A stretch of 61,089 bases of DNA, the filler included. It is 6 parts of 6 records of this genome, joined end to end, with 100 filler letters (N's around TTAATTAATTAA, not from the genome) between each part and the next. Parts side by side here need not be neighbours in the genome. Positions count along the whole stretch, not along the records: positions 45,245 to 53,674 come from SRR31147125_43299; positions 53,775 to 61,089 come from SRR31147125_43327; 4 more parts are not named here. One strand, written 5' to 3'. A program made the translations under genes and the position numbers. Below, in pieces: positions 51,380 to 60,966 of this stretch; position 1 is the stretch's first letter; each line of letters starts with the position of its first letter. The notes below the pieces were generated by a model, which worked only from the letters and a program-made list of their open reading frames with translations, ran no database searches and was not told the origin of the DNA.

Positions 51380-52897
51380 ATGAGTTTCCTAACAGATCAA
51401 TCCATTACCAGACGGAATTTTGTTAAAAGTTCCGCTTTAGCCTCTGCCGGTCTTGCTGTAGCGCCACATATCAATTGCGGCAGATTGAATGTAATAGATC
51501 CGATAAAACGCGATTTTGGCCGGTTAAATTTTAAGGTGACAACCCTGGGTCTTGGGGGACAGGCGTCCATTCAATGGACTCCTGAGGATGTGGATCCTGT
51601 AAATATTATCCAAAAAGCTTTTCAGTTAGGCGTGAATTACTTTGATACCTCCAATGCCTATGGTCCCAGTCAAACGAATTTTGGCAAAGCCTTTCAGGAA
51701 CTGGATTTGATTCCCGCTAAACCAGGTTATAATGAGGCGTTGAGGCAATCCATATTCCTGACCAGCAAGACAGGCTTGCGATGGGCCAAAGGCGGCCGGG
51801 AAAATGAAAAGGTACGAAGTTTCACCAATGGACCCAAGGACTCGCATACCATTGATGATATCAAAAGAACCCTGACACAGGTATTTGGCGATGGTCAGGG
51901 AAATTATCCTGCTGATGCCTATCTGGATATGGTTCTTATTCATAATTTGAATACCCTTGAAGAGATAGATGCCCTGTATGAAGGTCTTGATAACCCGGAT
52001 CCCAAAGCCGAACATATCGGTGCGCTTGCCGCTCTGCTGGATTATCGTGATGGCACCAATAATACCGGACTGAACCCAAAAGAAGAAAAATTAATCCGCC
52101 ATATCGGTTTTTCCGGTCACCGTTCCCCGTCCGTGATGATGGAGATGATACAACGGGATGAAAAAAACATTCTTGATGGAATGCTGGTGGCCATTAATGC
52201 CAATGACCGCTTAAACTTTAGCATGCAATATAATGTGATACCGGTTGCGGCGGCAAAGAATATGGGTGTCATTGCCATGAAGGTGTTTGCCGATGGCGCC
52301 ATGTATACCAAGGAAGCCACCTGGTCGCGCAATCCGGAACATGTGGTTCGGACTGTTGGCAGTAAAGAATTGCCAAGTCGGCCTCTGGTTGAGTATGCCA
52401 TGACAACACCAGGCGTTCATACCGGTATTATAGGAATTGGACAAATAAATGAAAATTCAAAAGAGTGCCAATTGAAGCAAAACCTGTCAGCTGCTCAGGT
52501 TACTTTTACCAGCCTGTCAGAATCTGATCGGCGTGACATTGAGAAAAAAACAAATCCTGTCAAAGACGGCGAGACAAACTATTTTCAGCATGTCAAGGTG
52601 GATTTGAGTTTACCACGAGAAGCGGCTGTGTTTCAGGAAATGATAGATAATCAACGTATCGTTCGTTTGACATGGCAGACCGCTTATGCCAGTGATGAAC
52701 CTGTCAAGATGTATGAAATATGGAGAGATAACCAAAATATCGGCCAGGTCACTCATGCTCCGCAAACGACCAAAAAACCGTTTGTGTATGAAGACAAAAC
52801 GAGCGATAAAGCGGCGCATCAGTACAAAATCGTGACCGTTGACGCGGCCGGAAATACGGCGGCAAGTGCTAATTTGCTGGCGTCAGGTATGGGGTAG
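51380..52897 (+). CDS. Tat-signal aldo/keto reductase with C-terminal Fn3-like domain
   Basis: TRRNFVK twin-arginine; GVNYFDTSNAYG, IFLTSK, IGFSGH, MGVIAMKVFADG; tail VRLTWQ...YEIWRD...YKIVTVDAAGN. Confidence 0.85.
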   Translation: MSFLTDQSITRRNFVKSSALASAGLAVAPHINCGRLNVIDPIKRDFGRLNFKVTTLGLGGQASIQWTPEDVDPVNIIQKAFQLGVNYFDTSNAYGPSQTNFGKAFQELDLIPAKPGYNEALRQSIFLTSKTGLRWAKGGRENEKVRSFTNGPKDSHTIDDIKRTLTQVFGDGQGNYPADAYLDMVLIHNLNTLEEIDALYEGLDNPDPKAEHIGALAALLDYRDGTNNTGLNPKEEKLIRHIGFSGHRSPSVMMEMIQRDEKNILDGMLVAINANDRLNFSMQYNVIPVAAAKNMGVIAMKVFADGAMYTKEATWSRNPEHVVRTVGSKELPSRPLVEYAMTTPGVHTGIIGIGQINENSKECQLKQNLSAAQVTFTSLSESDRRDIEKKTNPVKDGETNYFQHVKVDLSLPREAAVFQEMIDNQRIVRLTWQTAYASDEPVKMYEIWRDNQNIGQVTHAPQTTKKPFVYEDKTSDKAAHQYKIVTVDAAGNTAASANLLASGMG

Positions 52898-52930
52898 AAG
52901 AAAAGTATGCTTTACAAAAATTTCAGTGAA

Positions 52931-52968
52931 AATAGTCGCCCTGGAGTAGCGGGGCCAGGGCGATTATT
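52931..52968 (+). terminator. Hairpin downstream of aldo/keto reductase
   Basis: AATAGTCGCCCTGG...CCAGGGCGATTATT inverted repeat. Confidence 0.55.
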
Positions 52969-53105
52969 GATTCAGGCGTTTATCCCAACGAAATATTTCT
53001 TTAAAATCTTAAAAAATATTGTGATTTATTGTAATTTTTTATATAATTAAAGGATTAACGACAGGATTTGAACATCTGAATAGGGGTACAACGATGGTGG
53101 ATTCG

Positions 53106-53153
53106 AAAAAAGGCGTAAAAAGGGTGTAACAGATCTATTTACGCCTTTTTTTT
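53106..53153 (+). terminator. Intergenic terminator-like hairpin
   Basis: AAAAAAGGCGTAAA...TTTACGCCTTTTTTTT. Confidence 0.55.
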
Positions 53154-53459
53154 AAAGGGGCTTGCTTGCGGGGTATTTTAAATGTTATTCCATTCGAAAA
53201 ACATATTGTATACTTTTGGTAATTTTGCCGTTAGAATAAAAAGGTTGTGACGAGACAATGTCCTAAAAATGGTTTATCAATGGCTTAACTCAGAGCTTTA
53301 ACAACGGGTAGACCTTTTGTAACATGTTTGGTGTTTCAAAAGCCTGCAAGAGGTTGAAATCCCTTGTTATGGGTTTTTTTCTGACAAGTTGCTTTCATAT
53401 TTTACTTTTTCTTTTTTGGTTTTATCTTAAAAAATACTACTCAAAACCAGGAGTATGGA

Positions 53460-53674
53460 ATGAATCGAATTTTTCTATTTTTATTACTTTTTGCCTTTTT
53501 GTTGAGTTGTTCGAAAGAAAATATCTTGTCTCCACCGGAGGAGCTGCCGGCATCGATTGGGCTTTTAAAACTGGAGACAGGAAAAAGCTGGACTTATTCA
53601 CATTCCATTTATGACAGCTTGCCCGGATCTGCTGTTTATAGTGATACAAAAATATGGGAATTAAGTGAAAAAAA
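53460..53674 (+). CDS. Lipoprotein, N-terminal fragment
   Basis: MNRIFLFLLLFAFLLSC lipobox; AGGAG upstream; runs into the spacer. Confidence 0.75.
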
Positions 53675-53774
53675 NNNNNNNNNNNNNNNNNNNNNNNNNN
53701 NNNNNNNNNNNNNNNNNNTTAATTAATTAANNNNNNNNNNNNNNNNNNNNNNNNNNNNNNNNNNNNNNNNNNNN
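53675..53774. other. Artificial contig spacer
   Basis: N44 + TTAATTAATTAA + N44. Confidence 0.99.
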
Positions 53775-53802
53775 GATCCTCGGATCAAGTCCGAGGATGA
53801 CA
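53775..53802. repeat. REP/RPE-like palindromic element (partial)
   Basis: ATCCTCGGA-TCAAG-TCCGAGGAT hairpin ending GATGACA, 4 nt past the MMPL stop codon. Confidence 0.7.
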
Positions 53803-53806
53803 TAGG

Positions 53807-56290
53807 CTACTTATTCATCTTCTTATTATCATAATAATTAACAACGGCTGGCATTGAGACCAAGGCAGCGATTAAGCATGTCACTTCACCAATAACAGCA
53901 ACAAGGCCAAACGACTGTAATGCCTTACTCGATGATGACATTAAGACCGAATAACCGATCATTGTAGTACATGAACAGAGGAGAACAGCTCCACCAGTTG
54001 TTCTTGTAACCTTAGGCATACTCCCCCTGCCCTCAAGTCTATATCGCTGATACATATTGACCGCATAATCGACTCCTATTCCGAACGATATAGGTAGCGC
54101 CACAAAGTTCAAAAAGTTGAGCTTAATATTAAATATTGCCAAACAAGCAACCAGCCAAAGTATACCAAGCATCAGTGTTAAAATGATCATTGCTGAAGTC
54201 ATCGATTTTCTAAAATTAACAACAACCAGAACAATAACTACAAGAAGTGAGTAAAGCGTTATCTTTGGTCCTTCTTTTACAACTGCCTGCAAAAGGTCAG
54301 CAAAGATAACAGGCTGACCTGAAGAGTAGATAATCTCACCATCTGGAAGCTCAACCTCCCTAATCAAATCGGCAAACCTGATCAAATTCTTACCATCCCA
54401 AAGATTTGCTCCAGCATTTGAATAGACGAAAGTGATCAACCCTCTCCTGCCATCAACTTCCTCGAAGTTTGTCAGAATCTCCTCGGGGACATCGGCAATA
54501 GCAATCTTTTCCAAATTAAACGAATCTCTAAACTTCTCAACCTCTCTCTTCTCTTTCTCGGTCATAAACGCCAAGGTAGATCCACTTAAAAGCTCCCTGG
54601 TATCTGCTAAAATTTCCAACTTCTCATCTTGCTCACCAGGGACAAAGTCATAAATCGTTTTACATTCATCGAAGATATCTAAAGTCCCTTGTCTTTCAGC
54701 TTTTAAACGAATTGATTCACAAATATCTTTCACATCTTCAAGCTTATCAGCCATAACAACAGAAGGTGTTGTCGACTGACCAAAGATTGAACCTAGCTGA
54801 GCTCTTGCCTGAGCTTCCCATGACTGTTCTATTTTTGCCGGCTTAAATTTTAGCTTTGAAAAATCGTATTCAAGAGAATTTGGCAAATACCAAGCTGTAA
54901 GACCTATCGCAATTACAATGAGTACAATAGTAGCTTTCACAAGCCCTCTATAATTATTTCCAACCCATCTTCCTATTGGGCTAACAATAGCAAAAGGTCC
55001 TTTTGTTGAAATTTTCTTAACATTTAGAGGATAAATACGCTCGGTCAAACTAACAAGGGATGGTAAGAAAAGAAATGTTGTAATCCAACACATCACCATT
55101 CCTATTCCACCGATAACACCAAACTGTGAAAACCCCTTGATGTGTGTTATTGCCAAAACAGCAAAAGCAGCACTTGTTGTAACAGAAGACGTAATCGTTG
55201 CGCGCCACGTTGTTGCCAAGGCGATTGACATGGAATCCATAACCGATTTATCATCTCTTCTCTCTTCTAAATACCTCGACAAAATAACCAAGCTATAGTC
55301 AATTCCATTACCAACAATGATCGACCCCAGAAAAGCTGTTTGTGAAGTTAGGTAACCAATCCCATACCTTGCAATTGCAAGAGATATAACGGCACCCTGA
55401 ATAACAACGAGCGTCATCCAGACACCCATTCTAATACGCTTAAAGTAGATCAAGAGAACAATACCAACCAACGAAACACACAAAATAATTGTCTTTAAGA
55501 TATCGTGAACGAGAGCTCTATACTGCTCAATGATCTTCCTATATCTTCCACCAAAACCGACCTTTACAGTAAGACCATAGGAAGCTGGATCCATCTCTGT
55601 AATAACTTCGTTGAGCGAAGCAATCAGATACTCAGCAAAGGTAACATCAGTTGCACCCTCTTTTGGTTTTATCAGAATTGCGGCAACATTAGTTTTTTCA
55701 TTAGTAAAGTAACCGTCTTCATAATGCTGATAACCTGAGGTTTTACCCGTATACTTTTCCTCAATATCAGTTATATCAAACTTTGGGGCTTCATCTTCAA
55801 AACTTATATAGAAGGGAGACTGCTTAATCTTTTCATAATCGATTTGTCTCTTTAGGCGCTGATAAACCTCTTGAAGATCAGGCAGATCGATATAGAGAAA
55901 TTTATTATGATCATAAAACTGATGCACGTCTCGAGCATTATACTCAATAGCTGCGATATCTCCTGGGAGCTTTGCCTTTGCAAGGAAGACAAAATCGTTG
56001 ATAAAACGACGCATTTCAGACCAATTATCACCACCAACAACAACAGATAAATTTCCAGAACTCTTTAGGCGGGCATTAATTTCATTCAAAGAGATAACAC
56101 TCTGATACTTGTCAGGAAGCATCTCTTTAAAATCTGATCTAATCTGAATTCCTTTTACATACCAAGCACCAATAACAATGGAGACCACACATATCAAAGC
56201 CATTAGCCAATCAAGCTTTGACATTAACTTTATATATTTTTTCCAAAAATTTAAACCGGTCTTCTGGTCACTATCTAAATGAACTTGCAT
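53807..56290 (-). CDS. MMPL/RND family transporter
   Basis: Two periplasmic loops plus two TM bundles; SIIVGNGIDYSL..LSRYLEER and PISFGIGVDYAV..YQRY; 827 aa. Confidence 0.9.
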   Translation of the reverse strand: MQVHLDSDQKTGLNFWKKYIKLMSKLDWLMALICVVSIVIGAWYVKGIQIRSDFKEMLPDKYQSVISLNEINARLKSSGNLSVVVGGDNWSEMRRFINDFVFLAKAKLPGDIAAIEYNARDVHQFYDHNKFLYIDLPDLQEVYQRLKRQIDYEKIKQSPFYISFEDEAPKFDITDIEEKYTGKTSGYQHYEDGYFTNEKTNVAAILIKPKEGATDVTFAEYLIASLNEVITEMDPASYGLTVKVGFGGRYRKIIEQYRALVHDILKTIILCVSLVGIVLLIYFKRIRMGVWMTLVVIQGAVISLAIARYGIGYLTSQTAFLGSIIVGNGIDYSLVILSRYLEERRDDKSVMDSMSIALATTWRATITSSVTTSAAFAVLAITHIKGFSQFGVIGGIGMVMCWITTFLFLPSLVSLTERIYPLNVKKISTKGPFAIVSPIGRWVGNNYRGLVKATIVLIVIAIGLTAWYLPNSLEYDFSKLKFKPAKIEQSWEAQARAQLGSIFGQSTTPSVVMADKLEDVKDICESIRLKAERQGTLDIFDECKTIYDFVPGEQDEKLEILADTRELLSGSTLAFMTEKEKREVEKFRDSFNLEKIAIADVPEEILTNFEEVDGRRGLITFVYSNAGANLWDGKNLIRFADLIREVELPDGEIIYSSGQPVIFADLLQAVVKEGPKITLYSLLVVIVLVVVNFRKSMTSAMIILTLMLGILWLVACLAIFNIKLNFLNFVALPISFGIGVDYAVNMYQRYRLEGRGSMPKVTRTTGGAVLLCSCTTMIGYSVLMSSSSKALQSFGLVAVIGEVTCLIAALVSMPAVVNYYDNKKMNK

Positions 56291-56430
56291 TTTCTCTCCT
56301 ATAAAAACTTTAGCCGAAGAAGATTGACAACAAAAAATTATCTTCTGCTCAACTAGCTAAAACTAAGTCTTATCTATCTATAATTTTATTTCTCTCGACT
56401 GATTTAGAACAATATAATATAAACGCAAAT

Positions 56431-56826
56431 ATGATCAAGAGCAATAAAGGTTTTACACTTCTCGAATTAATAATAATTATCGTCTGCATAGGCATTCTTG
56501 TATCTATCACACTACCAAAGTTTTTTACTATTGCTGAGAATTCATCAACGTCAGCAGAAGATGATGTCGTCGGAAGCGTCAGAACAGGCATACAGCTATA
56601 CAGAGCAGAGGGGATGGTTCAGACAGGGTCACAAAGCTACCCCAGTACATTAGATTCAGCTAGCGTTGGTCAATCATCAGTAACAAATCCATTTTTTGAC
56701 AATATTCTTCAAGAACCCTACAAAGGTGACGATTGGCAAAAGACTGCAGCAACTGACTATACTGGACCTGCTGGGGGAACGTACTCCTACGATTCTTCTA
56801 CAGGACTATTCAGTAAAACAAATTAA
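56431..56826 (+). CDS. Type IV pilin / pseudopilin
   Basis: Prepilin cleavage/N-methylation motif KGFTLLELIIIIVCIGILVSITLP. Confidence 0.9.
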   Translation: MIKSNKGFTLLELIIIIVCIGILVSITLPKFFTIAENSSTSAEDDVVGSVRTGIQLYRAEGMVQTGSQSYPSTLDSASVGQSSVTNPFFDNILQEPYKGDDWQKTAATDYTGPAGGTYSYDSSTGLFSKTN

Positions 56827-56829
56827 TTC

Positions 56830-57744
56830 TTAATTATTTCTTAATTTTAACTCTTCCATGAGCTGATTTTTATCGGCCCCTAACTTATTCAAAGACATTA
56901 AACGACCGATAAAAAGTTCTCTATCTTCAGGCCATTTTTTCAGACCCATTTCACACAAAATCAAAGACTTATCGTACTGTTTCGTCTTATAAAACAACTT
57001 TGCAGGGAGCAGATAGTCGTTAGCTTCTCCATTTCCAATTTCAAACAATCTCTCACCCATCTGGCCCGCTACTTGATCCGCCCAACTATCTTTTTGTGAT
57101 TCTGTAAGAAGCGGCCACATATATATCAATGTCGCATAGGCCCCATGTGCAGCCTGATTATTTTCTTTATCCCAAATCATTGCTGAATAAAAATCAGCCA
57201 ATGCCCCTGGAAAATCACCAAGAAATAGAAAGGTTGTTCCACGAAGATAGTAAGCCTTTGGATATTTATCCACAGAATAGGCCAGCAGGTCTGTTAATAG
57301 ATTCCTACTCTTATTCAAACGTGACCGATCGCCAGATCTATTTTTTATCGACCGAACAGAAGACTTTAGCTGTGAAGAATCAAGGGGACGTTTTGAGAGT
57401 CTCCTATCAACTGATTTTACAAGTTTTAATGCCCGTACAATATTTGTCTCACTTGATTGATCTAGTATGCTTGCTTGAAATTTGAACTTCGCCTTCCCGG
57501 GAAACGTCCCAGAATCAAGATTAACCGCAAAAACCCCCGATGGGGAAATGAAGAAAATAAAAAGGATCGTAATTATGAGAAACAGTTTATTAAACAATTT
57601 ATTAAAGAATGTTTTTTTTCTGTCATTGCGAGGAGCGAAACGACGAAGCAATCCAGACAAATCATTGGGCCCTGGATCGCCACGTCGCCCTACAGGCTCC
57701 TCGCGATGACAAAAGACCTTATTAACCTGATTTAACCAATTCAT
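56830..57744 (-). CDS. Secreted TPR-like protein (start uncertain; annotated N-terminus overlaps a palindromic element)
   Basis: Signal-like FNKLFLIITILFIFFISPSGVFA; TPR-like YPKAYYLRGTTFLFLGDFPGALADF and LFYKTKQYDKSLILCEMGLKKWP. Confidence 0.75.
   Translation of the reverse strand: MNWLNQVNKVFCHREEPVGRRGDPGPNDLSGLLRRFAPRNDRKKTFFNKLFNKLFLIITILFIFFISPSGVFAVNLDSGTFPGKAKFKFQASILDQSSETNIVRALKLVKSVDRRLSKRPLDSSQLKSSVRSIKNRSGDRSRLNKSRNLLTDLLAYSVDKYPKAYYLRGTTFLFLGDFPGALADFYSAMIWDKENNQAAHGAYATLIYMWPLLTESQKDSWADQVAGQMGERLFEIGNGEANDYLLPAKLFYKTKQYDKSLILCEMGLKKWPEDRELFIGRLMSLNKLGADKNQLMEELKLRNN
57621..57711. repeat. RPE/REP-like palindromic element (GTCATTGCGAG...GCAATC type)
   Basis: TGTCATTGCGAGGAGC/GCTCCTCGCGATGACA outer stem; inner CGACG/CGTCG and GCAATCCAG/CTGGATCGC stems; 91 nt. 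Confidence 0.85.
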
Positions 57745-58771
57745 ATTTTCTACTGCCTAGTCCCATTTTTTCTGCATGCTTTAGTTGAACTGAATAATCA
57801 ATACTCGGATGAAGCTCTTTGAAAAAATCTTTTCCTGCTTCGTCATTGATTATATCAATACTTGCCTGGTCAATAGCCACCGGATCATCACTGATAAGGA
57901 TACCAACCTCATCCATCAAAGCACCCTCTTTGTCGGTTGGCATACAATCACAATTACGTGTAATAAAATGCATATAGTTTATATAGACAATCTTTTTATC
58001 TTTAACAGCTCCAGCTGCATGTTCGGCCAACTTCTCTTGGACAGAACTCGATTGCATATCCCATGGAATATCAAAAACACCTTGAGGACATGCGATGATA
58101 CATTCACCACATCCAACACATTTCTGATCATCTAGAACAATTGCATCATCAACTAGGTTCAAAGCATGCCCAGCACACCACTTAATACAAGCGCCACAAG
58201 CAATACATTTTGAAATATCAACTGTAGGTATAGAGCCTGCGTGCATCGCATATTTCCCAGACTTAACAGCACAGCCCATTCCAAGATTTTTTATAGCTCC
58301 ACCAAATCCCGTTAAGATATGTCCCTTTGTATGCGACATCACAATCATACTTTCAGCTTCATGAATGGCTCGCCCAATTTTGACTGATTGGTAGTGATCA
58401 CCCTTCACTTCAACTTCATCAAAATCTTGTCCCCTTAGACCACATGCAATAATTACTGGAGCCCCAACTTTCTCGATCTTATAGCCATGACCTTGAGCCA
58501 TCATAAGATGATTGACAGCATCAGAACGATTACCTCGATAGATAGTATTAGTGTCAGTCAAAAAAGGTGATGCCTTCTTGGTTTTCACCCAATTAACAAC
58601 AGGCTTTACCCACTTTGGCGGAATAAACCCCTTGTTACCCTTCTCTCCAAAGTGCAACTTAACTGCAACAAATTCATTTTCTTTGACAACTTCGGAAAAC
58701 TCTTTTTCTAACAATTTAGGGACATCCTCAAATTTATCTTGAGGCAAAAAGAAGACTTTTGATTTATTCAT
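57722..58771 (-). CDS. DUF362 protein with 2x[4Fe-4S] ferredoxin insert
   Basis: VAVKLHFGEKGN, PFLTDTNTIYRG, SHTKGHILTGFGGAIKNLGMGC, CIACGACIKWC, CVGCGECIIACP, DPVAIDQAS. Confidence 0.93.
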   Translation of the reverse strand: MNKSKVFFLPQDKFEDVPKLLEKEFSEVVKENEFVAVKLHFGEKGNKGFIPPKWVKPVVNWVKTKKASPFLTDTNTIYRGNRSDAVNHLMMAQGHGYKIEKVGAPVIIACGLRGQDFDEVEVKGDHYQSVKIGRAIHEAESMIVMSHTKGHILTGFGGAIKNLGMGCAVKSGKYAMHAGSIPTVDISKCIACGACIKWCAGHALNLVDDAIVLDDQKCVGCGECIIACPQGVFDIPWDMQSSSVQEKLAEHAAGAVKDKKIVYINYMHFITRNCDCMPTDKEGALMDEVGILISDDPVAIDQASIDIINDEAGKDFFKELHPSIDYSVQLKHAEKMGLGSRKYELVKSG

Positions 58772-59001
58772 AGGCTATCAAGTAGAATATAGAATAATCA
58801 AAGTCAAGAACACAAAAGAGAAGGTAATCTCTTTAGGGATTTGCTCTTTAAATTTCGTTTAATATTATTAATTAACCTATCATCTTCACTTTTCATGGAT
58901 AAGATGGATTTTTCTAATAGAGCACCTATTTGATAACCACTTGAAATCATTAATATATAAACCAAGAAACTTTTTTCATACATTGTCGATAACCAACCAA
59001 C

Positions 59002-59895
59002 ATGACGAACTGTTGCGATCAATTAAAAAAGGTGTCTCCACAGCTTTCTGCACATTGCCACAAGCTAGAAGCCAAAGGTGAAAACGTATGCTTATTAGCA
59101 GATACAGATCACCTTCAGGTAGATTACCATTCAGATCCTCCGCAACATCGAGCATATTTAGCTGACGGAGAAGTAACCCCTTTTGAGCTTTTAGCAAAAT
59201 TGATTTCGATTTCGCAGCTACCTACTAGCATTTCTACAAAAAGAATCCCTTCGTCAGACTCTAATGTCTGGCCATGGACACTTCCTGATATTTTAGATCT
59301 TGGATGGATTGAAAAAGCAAAAGTGCTACCAGCCAACAAACGTCTATCTGCGATAGTAGACTTCATCTCCAAAAACATTAAATATCTACCTCACCTAGAA
59401 CCAGTGGGAGATGCCAAAACGACGCTTACGCGCGGCTATGGCAACTGTCTTGAATTAAGCCTTCTTTTTTATGGATTATCAAAACAGCTGGGTTTAGATG
59501 CCCATTTTGTAATTCAATATTCAAAGTTAGAGCCTTTTTTTCATATCATTAATTCTGTACAATTGGGCAACGAGACTCTCTATTTCGATTTTTCTTCCAA
59601 TAATCCTACAAAAATTTCGACTAATCAACACACCTATATAGATATCGATCCTGCTTATGCATATATCTATTTTATGGTTGAGTCGACGCTTACTGATACT
59701 AAGCAAACACCTGAAAAGAAAATAGAACAAATGACAACCTTGCATTCATGGATTCCTCTTGATTTTCATTTACCATTTGCAATGGCGACCTATCTTTCAG
59801 GTAAAGATGAAGCGGCATCAGCTACCTGGCTTAGTGTTGTACGTCACCTTAATCCGCACTTTGTTCCCGCAAAAAAAATAAAGCACCCCCAATAA
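59002..59895 (+). CDS. Transglutaminase-like (Cys-His-Asp) domain protein
   Basis: TTLTRGYGNCLELSLLF...LG...HIINSV...YFD; helical C-terminus; no signal peptide. Confidence 0.7.
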   Translation: MTNCCDQLKKVSPQLSAHCHKLEAKGENVCLLADTDHLQVDYHSDPPQHRAYLADGEVTPFELLAKLISISQLPTSISTKRIPSSDSNVWPWTLPDILDLGWIEKAKVLPANKRLSAIVDFISKNIKYLPHLEPVGDAKTTLTRGYGNCLELSLLFYGLSKQLGLDAHFVIQYSKLEPFFHIINSVQLGNETLYFDFSSNNPTKISTNQHTYIDIDPAYAYIYFMVESTLTDTKQTPEKKIEQMTTLHSWIPLDFHLPFAMATYLSGKDEAASATWLSVVRHLNPHFVPAKKIKHPQ

Positions 59896-59987
59896 CGCAA
59901 TAAATACAAATACTTACATTCTGAGTTAGCACGCAACTCTAGGGTCTCCAATTGCCGATAATAATATGAGAGAAAAAGGAGTTTGTT

Positions 59988-60905
59988 ATGTCAAATGTAA
60001 TTGGAAGTTCACAATGTATTGAAAAAGGTGAATGCCTATCACCTAAAACAGAGCAAAAAATTGATGCAAGCTATATCATTTTAAAAGGCCTTAAAACGCT
60101 TAGCAACAGCCCTCAATTTGCAAAAAAATATGCATTCTATAAAGAAGACAAGTCAGGGACTTATAATAAACTAATAATGCCTCTTCTTGAAAACTATACG
60201 GGAGACGTTAAGAGTGCTAGTCGATTAGCACGTAAGGCTATCAAGTCAGATCCTAAACTCAAAGACCTTTTTAGGGATCTAAGAAAAAAACGAGATGCTG
60301 ACAAACTTAAACAAGCACAAAAAGAGGCTGCAGCTTTTTCGAAAGCATTTCGAGAACGAATGAGTGATACGTCACGAGCCCCTTTGCCCTCAGTAGCCCA
60401 AACTATTGATAGCTATAAAGGGAGATTTGGTTTTCAGCCTGATATCATTCCTGAGGATACTGAACCTATGCCTATTGAGCCCGAAGTAGCTCCAACTGAA
60501 AAACCGGAAATAGTTGGGGGAGAAGTGGAAGCAAAGGTTTGGAAAGGAATGCGACTTACTAAGTTTTCAATAGTAACATTTGTCAGCACCACCGATCCTT
60601 GTTTTCAGCAAGGCGATTGTAAAGATCAAAATAAAGTGGTTAGCTCCGCATTGATACCAGATGCTGAAAAGAGTTATGTCTATATGACAGGCCCAGATGG
60701 ATCGGCCTTCGGGGAGATTGTTCATAGTGAAGATGGTAAAGAGCAACTTCAAATCCATGGTGAAGTCAATAAACCTAATACGAAATATGCGGCTCTACAA
60801 GGTGACCCATGGCTTGTCGGTCGACATGACGGAAAAATAGAATTCAAAGATTTTTACAACATTGAAGGAACAGATTTTCAAGAGATGACATTAGTTGAAC
60901 CTTAA
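59988..60905 (+). CDS. Hypothetical protein
   Basis: 305-aa ORF with AAGGAG RBS, Pro/Glu-rich linker between two domains, downstream terminator. Confidence 0.75.
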   Translation: MSNVIGSSQCIEKGECLSPKTEQKIDASYIILKGLKTLSNSPQFAKKYAFYKEDKSGTYNKLIMPLLENYTGDVKSASRLARKAIKSDPKLKDLFRDLRKKRDADKLKQAQKEAAAFSKAFRERMSDTSRAPLPSVAQTIDSYKGRFGFQPDIIPEDTEPMPIEPEVAPTEKPEIVGGEVEAKVWKGMRLTKFSIVTFVSTTDPCFQQGDCKDQNKVVSSALIPDAEKSYVYMTGPDGSAFGEIVHSEDGKEQLQIHGEVNKPNTKYAALQGDPWLVGRHDGKIEFKDFYNIEGTDFQEMTLVEP

Positions 60906-60942
60906 TAACTTTATATTTTCCATTCCAATAATAATCAAAGAC

Positions 60943-60966
60943 AAGGGGCTTTTTAGCCCCTTTTTT
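60943..60966 (+). terminator. Intrinsic terminator
   Basis: AAGGGGCT-TTTT-AGCCCCTTTTTT. Confidence 0.8.

Noticed and set aside
56313-56320. GCCGAAGA as a sigma-28 -10 for the pilin gene
   Set aside because: No matching -35 at the expected spacing.
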